Virus record (IMG/VR): IMGVR_UViG_3300045107_000066 | Direction: 5' to 3' (one strand) | Length of the DNA stretch: 64,000 nucleotides | Source: an uncultured virus (IMG/VR IMGVR_UViG_3300045107_000066) | Lineage: Duplodnaviria > Heunggongvirae > Uroviricota > Caudoviricetes | In this document: positions 52,565 to 61,140 of the stretch, piece after piece | Numbering within the stretch: position 1 is the stretch's first letter | How the letters are laid out: each line of letters opens with the position of its first letter | Notes under the pieces: model-generated | What the model was told of the DNA's origin: nothing | What the model saw: only the letters and a program-made list of their open reading frames with translations | Databases searched by the model: none | Translations under genes and position numbers: made by a program

Positions 52565-52649
52565 TTAGTCGGGGACCAGGGAAGAAAGAGAATGTGCTTT
52601 CGCACATCATTAACAGTGATGTATTCCCTTTCAAGCATTCCCCGACTAA
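52565..52649 (-). ncRNA. candidate small structured RNA (AUGCU/CUGG family)
   Basis: 11-bp terminal stem; inner AAAGGGAAT/ATTCTCTTT stem; GTGC-GAAA-GCAC hairpin. Confidence 0.6.
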
Positions 52650-52650
52650 G

Positions 52651-52725
52651 AGCGGCTGCCCGGATTTGAACCGGAACCTCCATCTTGGCAAGATGGCGTG
52701 CAGAGGGCCACTACACCACAGCCGC
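52651..52725 (-). tRNA. tRNA-Gly(GCC)
   Basis: CCATC-TTGCCAA-GATGG. Confidence 0.9.
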
Positions 52726-52951
52726 ATGAGCCTTTCGGCTCTTGTATCAATCACCAATAATCATCAGGATCGGTGCCAGGGGCCACGCCACGAGGGACAG
52801 GCCGAACAGGAACAACCGACCACCCGGATTCATGTCGTACCACTCACGCTTCGACGCCATGAACACCGTCAGTCCGGCCCACAGGTACACCAGCACGAGA
52901 GCGATCCACATACTCGACTCCATTCGAGGTTTTACTGAATCCATCCGTCAG

Positions 52952-53024
52952 TGGTCTGTGCCGGGATCGAACCGGCCATCATCTGCTTAAGAGGCAGCGC
53001 CTTCACCATTGTAGGAAACAGACC
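52952..53024 (-). tRNA. tRNA-Lys(CTT)
   Basis: CTGC-CTCTTAA-GCAG. Confidence 0.85.
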
Positions 53025-53029
53025 TTCAG

Positions 53030-53102
53030 TACCCCGTGTCGGGATCGAACCGACCGTAACCTGATTAAGAGTCAGGCGCTTCACCATTGTAGCAAACGGG
53101 GC
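53030..53102 (-). tRNA. tRNA-Lys(CTT)
   Basis: CCTGA-CTCTTAA-TCAGG. Confidence 0.9.
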
Positions 53103-53844
53103 ATGTTTTGTTCAACTTCGCAACCATCGCCTTCACTTCCTTCTCGACGGCTTCCGTCTCGGCGGCTGACTTCTTGTAGGTGTCACCCACCACGAACTCA
53201 CCGCCGCTGACCCGATAGAACCCGGTCTTCTTCCCGTTGAACAGAAGGAAGAAGTACACTTCGTCCATGTAGTAGCCGTAGTCGTCCTTGCAGAACGTCT
53301 GCTTCTCGTAGGTGAACATCCTGTCCTCCTAGTGCGAGTAGCTGACGACCCGCAGTCGCTTGTTCTTCGGCATCGTGTTCTTGAACGCATTCAGCATCGC
53401 CAGGGCGATCACCGAGAACCTGTTCTCAGTCCGCTCGGTGTCAGCCACCAGGGCGGTAATCATCTCGTCCAGGGTGAACACGCCCAGGTAGTACCCGTAA
53501 GGGTCGCTGGTGATGTACCCGCTCTCGATGTCGTTCGCCAGTGTGCCCACGTCGCCGGGACAGGCGAGGTTCGCCAGTGCGTCTGGCGTCTCTGCCAGTT
53601 CTCGAAGAAGCTCGACCGCTTCCTCTTGTCGGTCAGGCGTCCGGGGCCAGAGGGCGAACGGCGGGTCGCCGTCACCTTTCTTCTTGATCCGGCTCTGCAC
53701 CAGATCGTACACCGGGCCTTCGCCGCACTTGCCGAGTTCGATCATGGCAAGTTCGGTGCCGGTATTCGGGTCGGCGTCTCGGTAGTGTTCTTCAACAACT
53801 ACAAGGCGGATTTCATATCCCACAGCCAACCCTCCGTGGCGAAG

Positions 53845-53917
53845 TGGAGTGTAAGGGACTCGAACCCATAACATCCTGCTTGCAAAGCAGGCGCTCTCCC
53901 AATTGAGCTAACACCCC
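53845..53917 (-). tRNA. tRNA-Ala(TGC)
   Basis: G3:U70; CCTGC-TTTGCAA-GCAGG. Confidence 0.95.
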
Positions 53918-53922
53918 GTCAG

Positions 53923-53994
53923 TGGACCGCCGGGGAATCGAACCCCGATCTTCTGCGTGCAAAGCAGACATGTTCCCGTTGTCACCAGCGGCCC
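53923..53994 (-). tRNA. tRNA-Ala(TGC)
   Basis: G3:U70; TCTGC-TTTGCAC-GCAGA. Confidence 0.92.
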
Positions 53995-54311
53995 GTTTTC
54001 AGTAGTTGAAGTCGTCGTCTACCTCTCTGTGGATCAACCAGTCCAGCAGAGCCATCACGGCGAACACTACAATCGCCGGGAGAATCAGTCCTTCCATTAC
54101 GAAATCCTTTTCGTTAGTGCGACTGGCTGGTTCGACCCAGCTATCACTACACTGCTTGTCGCCTTCGTGTATACCCTCCGGCGGACAGTGCGGCGATCTC
54201 CTCTTGCCGGAATGGCGAAGGTGTCACACCACACTCGCAGTCGCATTACATGTCCGTGATGTAAACAAACAGCACGGCCATCATCACGAGAACTTCCATT
54301 GTTCTCTCCAG

Positions 54312-54385
54312 TAGCGGTGGTCGGGATCGAACCGACGTACTCCTCGTTATGAGCAAGGCGCTTGAACCAACTCAGCTACACCGCC
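54312..54385 (-). tRNA. tRNA-Met(CAT), elongator type (Ile2 not excluded)
   Basis: CCTTG-CTCATAA-CGAGG. Confidence 0.9.
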
Positions 54386-54669
54386 ATCACTAACTCCGGG
54401 ATCGTCCCGAAGATGTTTCGCTTGAACTCGTCAGGGTAGTATACCCGATACTCACCTGGGAGCAAGTCCCTTTTTGCTAGGTAGGCTGCCACCGTGCGGT
54501 GGTGCCCGTTGTTTATGACCCAAAGTCCCCCGTCGAGGTTCACGATCTCGATGGGATGGTCGCAGTCGTCGAAGACTCCTCCTTCTTCAACAAACCTGAC
54601 CATCTCCGGGATTTGGTCCCGACGCTTCAAAGTACGCTGCGTCGTCCTCAGCGTTTCGAAAGTAAACAA
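54376..54669 (-). CDS. ParB/Srx-like small domain protein
   Basis: PIEIV...INNGHHRTVAAY. Confidence 0.55.
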   Translation of the reverse strand: MFTFETLRTTQRTLKRRDQIPEMVRFVEEGGVFDDCDHPIEIVNLDGGLWVINNGHHRTVAAYLAKRDLLPGEYRVYYPDEFKRNIFGTIPELVMAV

Positions 54670-54670
54670 G

Positions 54671-54743
54671 CGAGCCTGACGGGAGTCGCACCCGCAACCT
54701 TCCCCGTGACAGGGGGATGTTCTACTAACCGAACTCCAGGCCC
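54671..54743 (-). tRNA. tRNA-Asp(GTC)
   Basis: TCCCC-CTGTCAC-GGGGA; G73. Confidence 0.88.
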
Positions 54744-54978
54744 ATTTTCATTCAGGAAGCATATCGTGGACGATACCCTTCCACCCGCACCGGCACTCCG
54801 AGCGGTTCTCATCCTTGTAGTCTTCCTCCCGCCCGATCACCATGATGTAGCCCATGTAAGTCTGGGTCGTCGATCTGGTGGCCTTGCAGTCGGGGCATCT
54901 GGCGTGGGACTTGTAGTACAACTCCCTTGCCAGCTTCGCCTTTGCCCTCATGTCTTCAATGTCGTATTCTTCCATAAG

Positions 54979-55052
54979 CGGCCATACGGGGAATCGAACC
55001 CCGACCCACTGCTTGACAAGCAGGCATGCAGAAACCACTACACCATATGGCC
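54979..55052 (-). tRNA. tRNA-Asp(GTC)
   Basis: CTGC-TTGTCAA-GCAG; G73. Confidence 0.9.
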
Positions 55053-55361
55053 GTATTCAAACACCAACAATCCTCAACACCTTCGAGTCCAGCGAACCGG
55101 ACACTTCCACTTCGGGCCGCTCGAACTCCCGAGCGATGTACCTGAAGTCGGGATGGTAGCCCGCACCCGGATGCCGAGGCTCGATCTTCACGAACAACCT
55201 TGCCCCACCCTTGAACCCGCCGTGGCCGTCGTCGTCCCCGTCGCCGGGGAAGAAGATGAACTTCTCGCCGACCTTCAGGTCACGAACCGTAATCGGTTGT
55301 GACAGGGTGTGCTGAAGGAAGTGCAACCCGTCGAGTACACCAGGGTGCATGACGTTCTCCG

Positions 55362-56021
55362 TTAGGCGTCAATCGTTTCTCGGAACAACTTCTTGAACGG
55401 CTTGCTGACCTTCACTAAGGGCACCTTGAAGTACCGTTTCAAGAACTCCGGGCTGCTGGTCGAGAGGTAGGCGTGTATCTCGTCCTTCAGGACTTTCCTA
55501 CAGTAGCCGCCACTCCCGAGCAGTTTGTTCTCCATCTGGGTCCGGGCCTTCTCGGGCATCTCGGCGACCAGCTTCAGCATCTTCTTCTTGTACGACCCGT
55601 TCAGGTGGTACAAGCCGTGTGCCACTTCATGAGCCAGCGTTGACTCGTAGCTCCACTCGGCGTCCGGTTCGTAGTGGCCGATCACATAGAACGGCTCGCT
55701 GCCTCGGACCTGATCTGCGAGCAGGTCGTACAGCATCTTCTCCTTCTCCAGCAGCATGCCCTCGAAGGACTTGAAGAAGTTCCGAACCACCTGCCCCGGC
55801 ACGTTGAACCCGCCCCAATCGAGCGTGTAAGTGAAGTTCCCCGTCTCCTGGGCGTAGCGATCCATGTACTCTTCGAGAGTGAAGACGCATCCCCGAATGC
55901 CCCGGAAGGGCGACTCGTAGAACTCCTGCAATCTCAGGAACGTCGAACACGTCTCGTACTGGTTTCTAAATCTTAGCGACCAGATGCACTTGCGAAGTTC
56001 CTTCTTCTCAACCTCGAACAT
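55362..56021 (-). CDS. hypothetical phage protein with HExxH motif
   Basis: FLRLQEFYESP, WGGFNVP, LAHEVAHGLY, DEIHAY. Confidence 0.7.
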   Translation of the reverse strand: MFEVEKKELRKCIWSLRFRNQYETCSTFLRLQEFYESPFRGIRGCVFTLEEYMDRYAQETGNFTYTLDWGGFNVPGQVVRNFFKSFEGMLLEKEKMLYDLLADQVRGSEPFYVIGHYEPDAEWSYESTLAHEVAHGLYHLNGSYKKKMLKLVAEMPEKARTQMENKLLGSGGYCRKVLKDEIHAYLSTSSPEFLKRYFKVPLVKVSKPFKKLFRETIDA

Positions 56022-56047
56022 CCATCACGTCCTTGTGATATCTTAAG

Positions 56048-56119
56048 CTCCCCCGCCTGGACTCGAACCAGGAACCTTCAAGTTAACAGCTTGCCGCTCT
56101 ACCATTGAGCTACGGAGGA
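56048..56119 (-). tRNA. tRNA-Asn(GTT)
   Basis: CAAG-CTGTTAA-CTTG; G73. Confidence 0.94.
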
Positions 56120-56512
56120 ATACATTTCAGAGCATGAACTTGATCGCATCGAACCGCACGTTCACGTCGCTCGACTTCAGGTTCCTCAGTGCCTCCTTCT
56201 CATGCTCAGGAAGGGAGTTGAAGAACTCGCCCGGCTTTCCGGTGTCACGCCTGTTGCCCTTCAGGAAGTAGCCCTGCCAGAAGGCACGCTCGGCGGTTTC
56301 AATGAGGACTTTGTTAGGGTCCATGTTCAACCTCTAAGTGGGGAGGGTTGGACTCGAACCAACGCCCTTTCCTGATCCACAGGAACGCTCTACTCGGCTT
56401 TCGCCGGTCCACAGGCCGTACCTGTGAGCCGTCTGAGCTACCTCTTCGTTTGCGAGATAGGGAAACTAGCCGATACCCTGCTAGTTTTTAGTGGGTGGAA
56501 ACCCATCTCAAG

Positions 56513-56585
56513 TCGGCGGTAAGGGACTCGAACCCCTGATTTCTTGTGTGTAAGACAAGCGCATTGGCCGCTATGCTAACCGCCG
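56513..56585 (-). tRNA. tRNA-Val(TAC)
   Basis: CTTGT-CTTACAC-ACAAG. Confidence 0.93.
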
Positions 56586-56962
56586 TTTAATCTCTCTTCT
56601 TCGTGTATCCTGGCGTGGCAGTTGCCACAAACCACGATGCACTTATCCATTTCTGCTTGAAGCTTCTCGATGCTCACATGGTTCCTCACCATCAACGAGA
56701 TCGAGTCATCTTTATCACCCTTGCAGTGATGAAAGTGCAGACAAGCCGGATGCTTCTCAATGTACTCCGGGTGGTAGTCCACACACTTCACACAAGGATG
56801 CTGGAGCTTGTACTGAAGAACGTAGTCGAGATTCCGCTTCAAGCTGATCTCTCGATGTTTCTTCGCATTCTCCTTCTTGGCTTTTGCGTTCTCAGGATCA
56901 GCGTACCACTTCTGGTGATACGCCTTCTGGTAAGCCTTCTTCTTCTCTTTACTATATGGCAT
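56576..56962 (-). CDS. HNH-type endonuclease
   Basis: PCVKC, LHFHH, EMDKCIVVCGNCHARIH. Confidence 0.8.
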   Translation of the reverse strand: MPYSKEKKKAYQKAYHQKWYADPENAKAKKENAKKHREISLKRNLDYVLQYKLQHPCVKCVDYHPEYIEKHPACLHFHHCKGDKDDSISLMVRNHVSIEKLQAEMDKCIVVCGNCHARIHEEERLNGG

Positions 56963-57007
56963 ACCATATAGTAGGGTCTTACACTACATTTTTGCAGTGT
57001 AAATCTT

Positions 57008-57349
57008 TCAAATGTCGGGCATGTCTACTGTCTGCCCCGCCAGCGGGTGACTGCAATCACCCAAGAACTCGATCCGGCCGTCTCGAATGTACGAGTGGCA
57101 CTGATAGCAGTTGAACGGTGCCGGGTCGTCCGGCCTTTCCGCATTGAAGGTACACCAGCAGCTTCCCTGGTGGTTCGGGATGTAGTGCCCGCACCGGACC
57201 AGGAGGCTCGGGGAGAAGGTCGGCTTCTCCATGTTCCCGTTGAAGTCCCAGCCTGGGACGGCAACGTGGTGACTGTCTTTACAACCCGGACACTGGAACC
57301 CGTAAGTTACCTTCTCCGCAGTTTGACTAACAACGCTCAACTTCGCCAT
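57008..57349 (-). CDS. DUF6527-like protein
   Basis: FQCPGC, WDFNGNMEKPTFSPSL, CHSYIRDGRIEFLGDCSH. Confidence 0.8.
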   Translation of the reverse strand: MAKLSVVSQTAEKVTYGFQCPGCKDSHHVAVPGWDFNGNMEKPTFSPSLLVRCGHYIPNHQGSCWCTFNAERPDDPAPFNCYQCHSYIRDGRIEFLGDCSHPLAGQTVDMPDI

Positions 57350-57351
57350 AG

Positions 57352-57422
57352 TTGCCCAAGAAGGATTCGAACCTTCCCTAACTGGTTCAGAGCCAGTCGT
57401 GCTACCGCTACACCATCGGGCA
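57352..57422 (-). tRNA. tRNA-Gln(CTG)
   Basis: ACTGG-CTCTGAA-CCAGT. Confidence 0.93.
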
Positions 57423-57428
57423 ATAAAG

Positions 57429-57501
57429 CTGCGGAGGAAGGAGTCGAACCTTCATTAGCCTCGTTCAAAGCGAGGGTTCCTACCAATTAGAAGACTCCGC
57501 A
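57429..57501 (-). tRNA. tRNA-Gln(TTG)
   Basis: CCTCG-CTTTGAA-CGAGG. Confidence 0.93.
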
Positions 57502-57745
57502 ATGTTACATGTCGGGAGACATCCGTTGACCGCTCCTCGGCAACTCCCGCTTCTTCTCCGGCTTGTCGGCTGGCTTGAAGGCGAACAACAGTGCGACCAA
57601 GATCGCCAGCGTCACCAGGAAGACCAACAGACCCGCCATCCATGTGTCCCAGAAGCTCGGCTTCCGGGGCGGCGTGTAACCGCCGCATTTCTGGGCGGCA
57701 ATCACCGCCCCGATGTTCGTGTAGAAAGACATCCTGTCTCCTTAG

Positions 57746-57816
57746 TTGCCCATGATGGATTCGAACCATCACTAACTGATCCAAAGTCAGTCGTGCTACC
57801 ATTACACCAACGGGCA
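57746..57816 (-). tRNA. tRNA-Gln(TTG)
   Basis: ACTGA-CTTTGGA-TCAGT. Confidence 0.93.
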
Positions 57817-58246
57817 ATCAGTAAGTGTTTCCGCCGCAGTTGGTGCAGTAGCCGCCTCCGAACTGGTAGTACACATAGTTCGGGTTCTTACACACGCACC
57901 AGCCGTCTTTGTCCGGCTTGGGCTTCTCCACTTCCTTAACGGGAGGGTGGAGGGCGTTCTGGATCGCCTGGGTTGCCAGTTGGGTCAACTCCTCGGGCGT
58001 CCGGCCATCGTCCTCGACCGTTACCGTGATCTTAGCCATGATACCGTCTCCTGATCTCGCAGTACCCGCACGAGCGATTCTCGCACATCCAGGTGTTGCT
58101 GTCAATCAGGCGGTGCATCTCGCTGTTACACTTGGGGCACCGGCCGAGCTTGTACAACATCATCGCCACGAAGTAGGCGGCGAAGATTAAGACTGCGGCC
58201 CAAAGTATCGGCTGACTCTCCATAAACACATCCTTGTGTTCTAAAG

Positions 58247-58332
58247 CTGCCAGGACTGGAATCGAACCAGTGTAGGGTTTCCCCACGGGCGGTTAACAGC
58301 CGCCTAAGACTACCAACAGTCAACCCCTGGCA
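58247..58332 (-). tRNA. tRNA with GTT (Asn) anticodon and long variable arm
   Basis: GGCGG-CTGTTAA-CCGCC; variable hairpin GTGGG-GAAAC-CCTAC; G73. Confidence 0.8.
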
Positions 58333-58339
58333 AAATATA

Positions 58340-58404
58340 AGGGAGACGAGTTTGTTGACGGAGTGGTTACAAACCTGATGTACACCCTGTCGAGCATTCT
58401 CCCT
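58340..58404 (-). ncRNA. candidate small structured RNA (AUGCU/CUCG family)
   Basis: AGGGAGA-ATGCT...CTCG-TCTCCCT. Confidence 0.5.
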
Positions 58405-58406
58405 AG

Positions 58407-58479
58407 CTGCGTGGGTAGGATTCGAACCTACATTGTCCTAGTTCAGAGCCAGGATTCCTACCAATTAGAAGACCACGCA
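58407..58479 (-). tRNA. tRNA-Gln(CTG)
   Basis: CCTGG-CTCTGAA-CTAGG. Confidence 0.93.
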
Positions 58480-58589
58480 AGATGAACCTCGGTTGATATC
58501 CGCTATCCCGCCAGTAGCACCGAAGGTTCTTGATTCAGGTGACAGCCAAAGTCGGAACTCAGTCAAGACGCCTGAATCGAAGGCGGAAG

Positions 58590-58661
58590 TAGCCCATAAG
58601 GGAGTCGAACCCTTGTTGCCGGATTGAAAGTCCGGTCGCCTAGCCGTTAGCGGAATGGGCC
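58590..58661 (-). tRNA. tRNA-Glu(TTC)
   Basis: CCGGA-CTTTCAA-TCCGG. Confidence 0.92.
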
Positions 58662-58813
58662 GCTTGTTTCTCTTCGTACACCGCATCCACTTCCTCACCA
58701 TGAATGCGGCAGTACGTTTTCTTATCCCTCCACACGAGGCAGAGGAGGCAGGTTATCAGGTGTCCGAAAGGGCACTTGAAGCCCGCCAAGTATGTTTCCA
58801 TACCATATAGTAG

Positions 58814-58885
58814 TGCCTCGGAGCGGTTTCGATCCGCCTTCTCTTGGTTGAGAACCAAGCGTCCTAGCCACTAGACGACCGAGGC
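58814..58885 (-). tRNA. tRNA-Glu(CTC)
   Basis: CTTGG-TTCTCAA-CCAAG. Confidence 0.9.
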
Positions 58886-59035
58886 ATTTAGCTGTCTGAC
58901 ACGTCACTACTCTCCAGCAGCCCGATGCCCAGCTAAGGCAACCGTTTTTGGTTTCGTGCGTGCAGAGAACCGTCTTAAGCCGGTCCTATCCTACTCACGG
59001 CTTTCGCCGCTCTCGTTCTGCCGAAGCAGCATGAG

Positions 59036-59107
59036 TACCGCCGAGGGGTTTCGATCCCCCTTCTCCTGCTTGAAAGGCAAGCGTCCTAGCCACTAGACGA
59101 CGGCGGC
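59036..59107 (-). tRNA. tRNA-Glu(TTC)
   Basis: CTTGC-CTTTCAA-GCAGG. Confidence 0.9.
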
Positions 59108-59114
59108 ATAACAG

Positions 59115-59186
59115 TGACCCCACGGAGAGTCGAACTCCGGTTATCCGGTTGAGAACCGGGTTTCCTAACCACTAGAAGATGGGGCC
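59115..59186 (-). tRNA. tRNA-Glu(CTC)
   Basis: CCGG-TTCTCAA-CCGG. Confidence 0.92.
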
Positions 59187-59189
59187 ATT

Positions 59190-59287
59190 TGGTGTAACAT
59201 GGTTGGATTCGAACCAACGCTAGGCCAACCTTACCGGCTCACGCCGTTGGGGGTTCGATACCGCTTCTCATTACGGCAACACGTTAC
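59190..59287 (-). ncRNA. tRNA-like RNA with 8-bp acceptor stem, encoded CCA and no anticodon loop
   Basis: GTAACGTG/CATGTTAC-A-CCA; GTTGG-TTCGAAT-CCAAC; CGGC-GTGA-GCCG hairpin in place of the anticodon. Confidence 0.7.
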
Positions 59288-59293
59288 ACCAAG

Positions 59294-59364
59294 AGCCGGT
59301 ACAGTGAATCGAACACTGGTTTGCTGTTTACGAGACAGCCGTTCTGCCACTGAACTATACCGGC
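59294..59364 (-). tRNA. tRNA-Thr(CGT)
   Basis: GCTGT-CTCGTAA-ACAGC. Confidence 0.94.
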
Positions 59365-59472
59365 ATTGTGATACATCACGTCTGACTGCCTTCCAGCTTT
59401 AGGAAGGCCGGACATCGAACCCGTTATACGCCTCCCGTCAGAGCATTTGTATAAAGGCGATGATGTATCAAG

Positions 59473-59543
59473 AGCCGGTAGAAGGAATCGAACCCTCACT
59501 CTCTGCTTACAAGGCAGATTCGCTACCATTACAACATACCGGC
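59473..59543 (-). tRNA. tRNA-Thr(TGT)
   Basis: TCTGC-CTTGTAA-GCAGA. Confidence 0.9.
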
Positions 59544-59968
59544 ATAAACCGCAGCTTCTTGTAACCAAACTGCTTCGCTGTTTTTCGGCGATGACAGTTG
59601 GCACATCTTACATCACACTTAGCGATCTCTTCCTCCAATCGCTCGATGCTGCCATTAAGTGCGACGTTGCACACGTCCTTGTCTTTGTCCCCTCGGTGGT
59701 CAAACTCCAACACCACCGGGTCTGATTCACCACAATCCACACAGGGGTGATCCTTGAGGTAGTTCAGGATGTACTGGACATTTCTGTCACGGCACTCGCT
59801 GACCGACTTCCTGATGTTCTCCCTGCGTTCAGGATTCTGATCGTAGTGTTTCTTCTGTGCGATCCTGCCGCACGCTTTGCAGTAACGCTGCTTCCCGTCT
59901 GCGTTACCTTTGTTGTTCCCAAACTCATCGAGCGGCTTGGGTAGTTGGCATGTAGCACACTTCTTCAT
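59507..59968 (-). CDS. HNH-type endonuclease
   Basis: KKCATC...YCKAC Zn finger; HPCVDCGESDPVVLEFDH; KCDVRCANCHRRKT. Confidence 0.85.
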   Translation of the reverse strand: MKKCATCQLPKPLDEFGNNKGNADGKQRYCKACGRIAQKKHYDQNPERRENIRKSVSECRDRNVQYILNYLKDHPCVDCGESDPVVLEFDHRGDKDKDVCNVALNGSIERLEEEIAKCDVRCANCHRRKTAKQFGYKKLRFMPVCCNGSESAL

Positions 59969-60475
59969 GAAGGTATCTATGTCTTGTAACTCAACTTTCC
60001 GTTACAAGATTTTACCAACTGCTGACGTACATGCGGAACCATTCCGTGTAGGTCAGACCCAACTCCTCGTGCGGTTCCAATTCCCGCTCGACTTCTGCTG
60101 CTGCTTCCTTTGCTGGGGTGATCTTACACCCCGCACTCACCATGAAATCCACCAAGTTCGCCAGGGTGAAGGTGTCCGGCACTTCGAACTTGGCCGTCTC
60201 TTCACCAACCGTCATCGTGAACGTCTTCATGTTACTCATCCGTGAGTGGCTTTCAGGTACGCCTCGATACACTGCACCTTCTCGCCGAAGTTACAGCGGC
60301 CCAGGAACGCCCATTTTTGTTTCGCAGCTTCCTCCGATCCGGTCGCCCGGATCAGGTGGGCCTTGAACTTCGCTACCAGATCATCCGGCAGCCCGAGAAA
60401 CACGTCTTCTTCCATGCTTCCCCCATGTCGGTGTCATCGTAACACACGGCATGTTTCTTTACAACCGAAATCGAG

Positions 60476-60546
60476 TCAGGGATGGCAGAGTCGAACTGCC
60501 GCCACTACTTTCCAAAAGTAGGATGCTTCCGTAACAACTATCCCTG
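60476..60546 (-). tRNA. tRNA-Pro(TGG)
   Basis: CTACT-TTTGGAA-AGTAG; C1:G72. Confidence 0.85.
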
Positions 60547-60666
60547 ATGGTCGCCGGTGCAGTTCGCAACGCTGCTCCAACCCCCTAGCTTGGGGCCGTT
60601 CTATCGCCCCATGACAGACGGGGTAACTTTCCCGCTGGTGGAGCAAGCATTAAACTAACCGGCAAG

Positions 60667-60964
60667 CCCGAGTGGAGGGAGTTGAACCCCCGCCTCCGGC
60701 CCATAACGGCCGGTGCGCTAACGTTACGCCACACCCAGGATAACGCCGGAGGGGAAGGATTCACACCTTCACTAGCCGTAGTAGGTGGCCGTGCTGACTG
60801 TTACACTACCACTCCGGTTAAGCTCGGGAACCTGGACTTGAACCAGGACTTGCGACTAATGCGCCGCCGTGCTGACTTACACTACTCCCGAATATACCAG
60901 TACGGAGTCGAACCGTTCTTCCCCCTGGCCGGGGGCGTGCAGACCGTTACACTAAAATCTGGCA
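60667..60964 (-). ncRNA. tandem cluster of four tRNA-like RNAs with abnormal anticodon loops
   Basis: Units at ~60667-60739, 60746-60817, 60823-60891 and 60894-60964; each has D and T arms; loops of 8, 9, 6 and 5 nt. Confidence 0.7.
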
Positions 60965-60981
60965 AGTTCTTGCAAGAACAG

Positions 60982-61052
60982 CAGGTGCGGAGGGATTCGA
61001 ACCCCCACGGACAGTTTTGGAGACTGTAATGCTACCATTACATCACGCACCT
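60982..61052 (-). tRNA. tRNA-Trp(CCA)
   Basis: ACAGT-CTCCAAA-ACTGT; G73. Confidence 0.94.
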
Positions 61053-61057
61053 ATCAG

Positions 61058-61140
61058 TGACCTGCCGGGGACTTGAACCCCGAGTGCCATTACGGCGTCC
61101 CGTTAAGAGCGGGAGGCTATGCCACTACAGCTTGCAGGCC
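61058..61140 (-). tRNA. tRNA with CTT (Lys) anticodon and long variable arm
   Basis: TCCCG-CTCTTAA-CGGGA; variable hairpin GCC-GTAAT-GGC. Confidence 0.8.
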
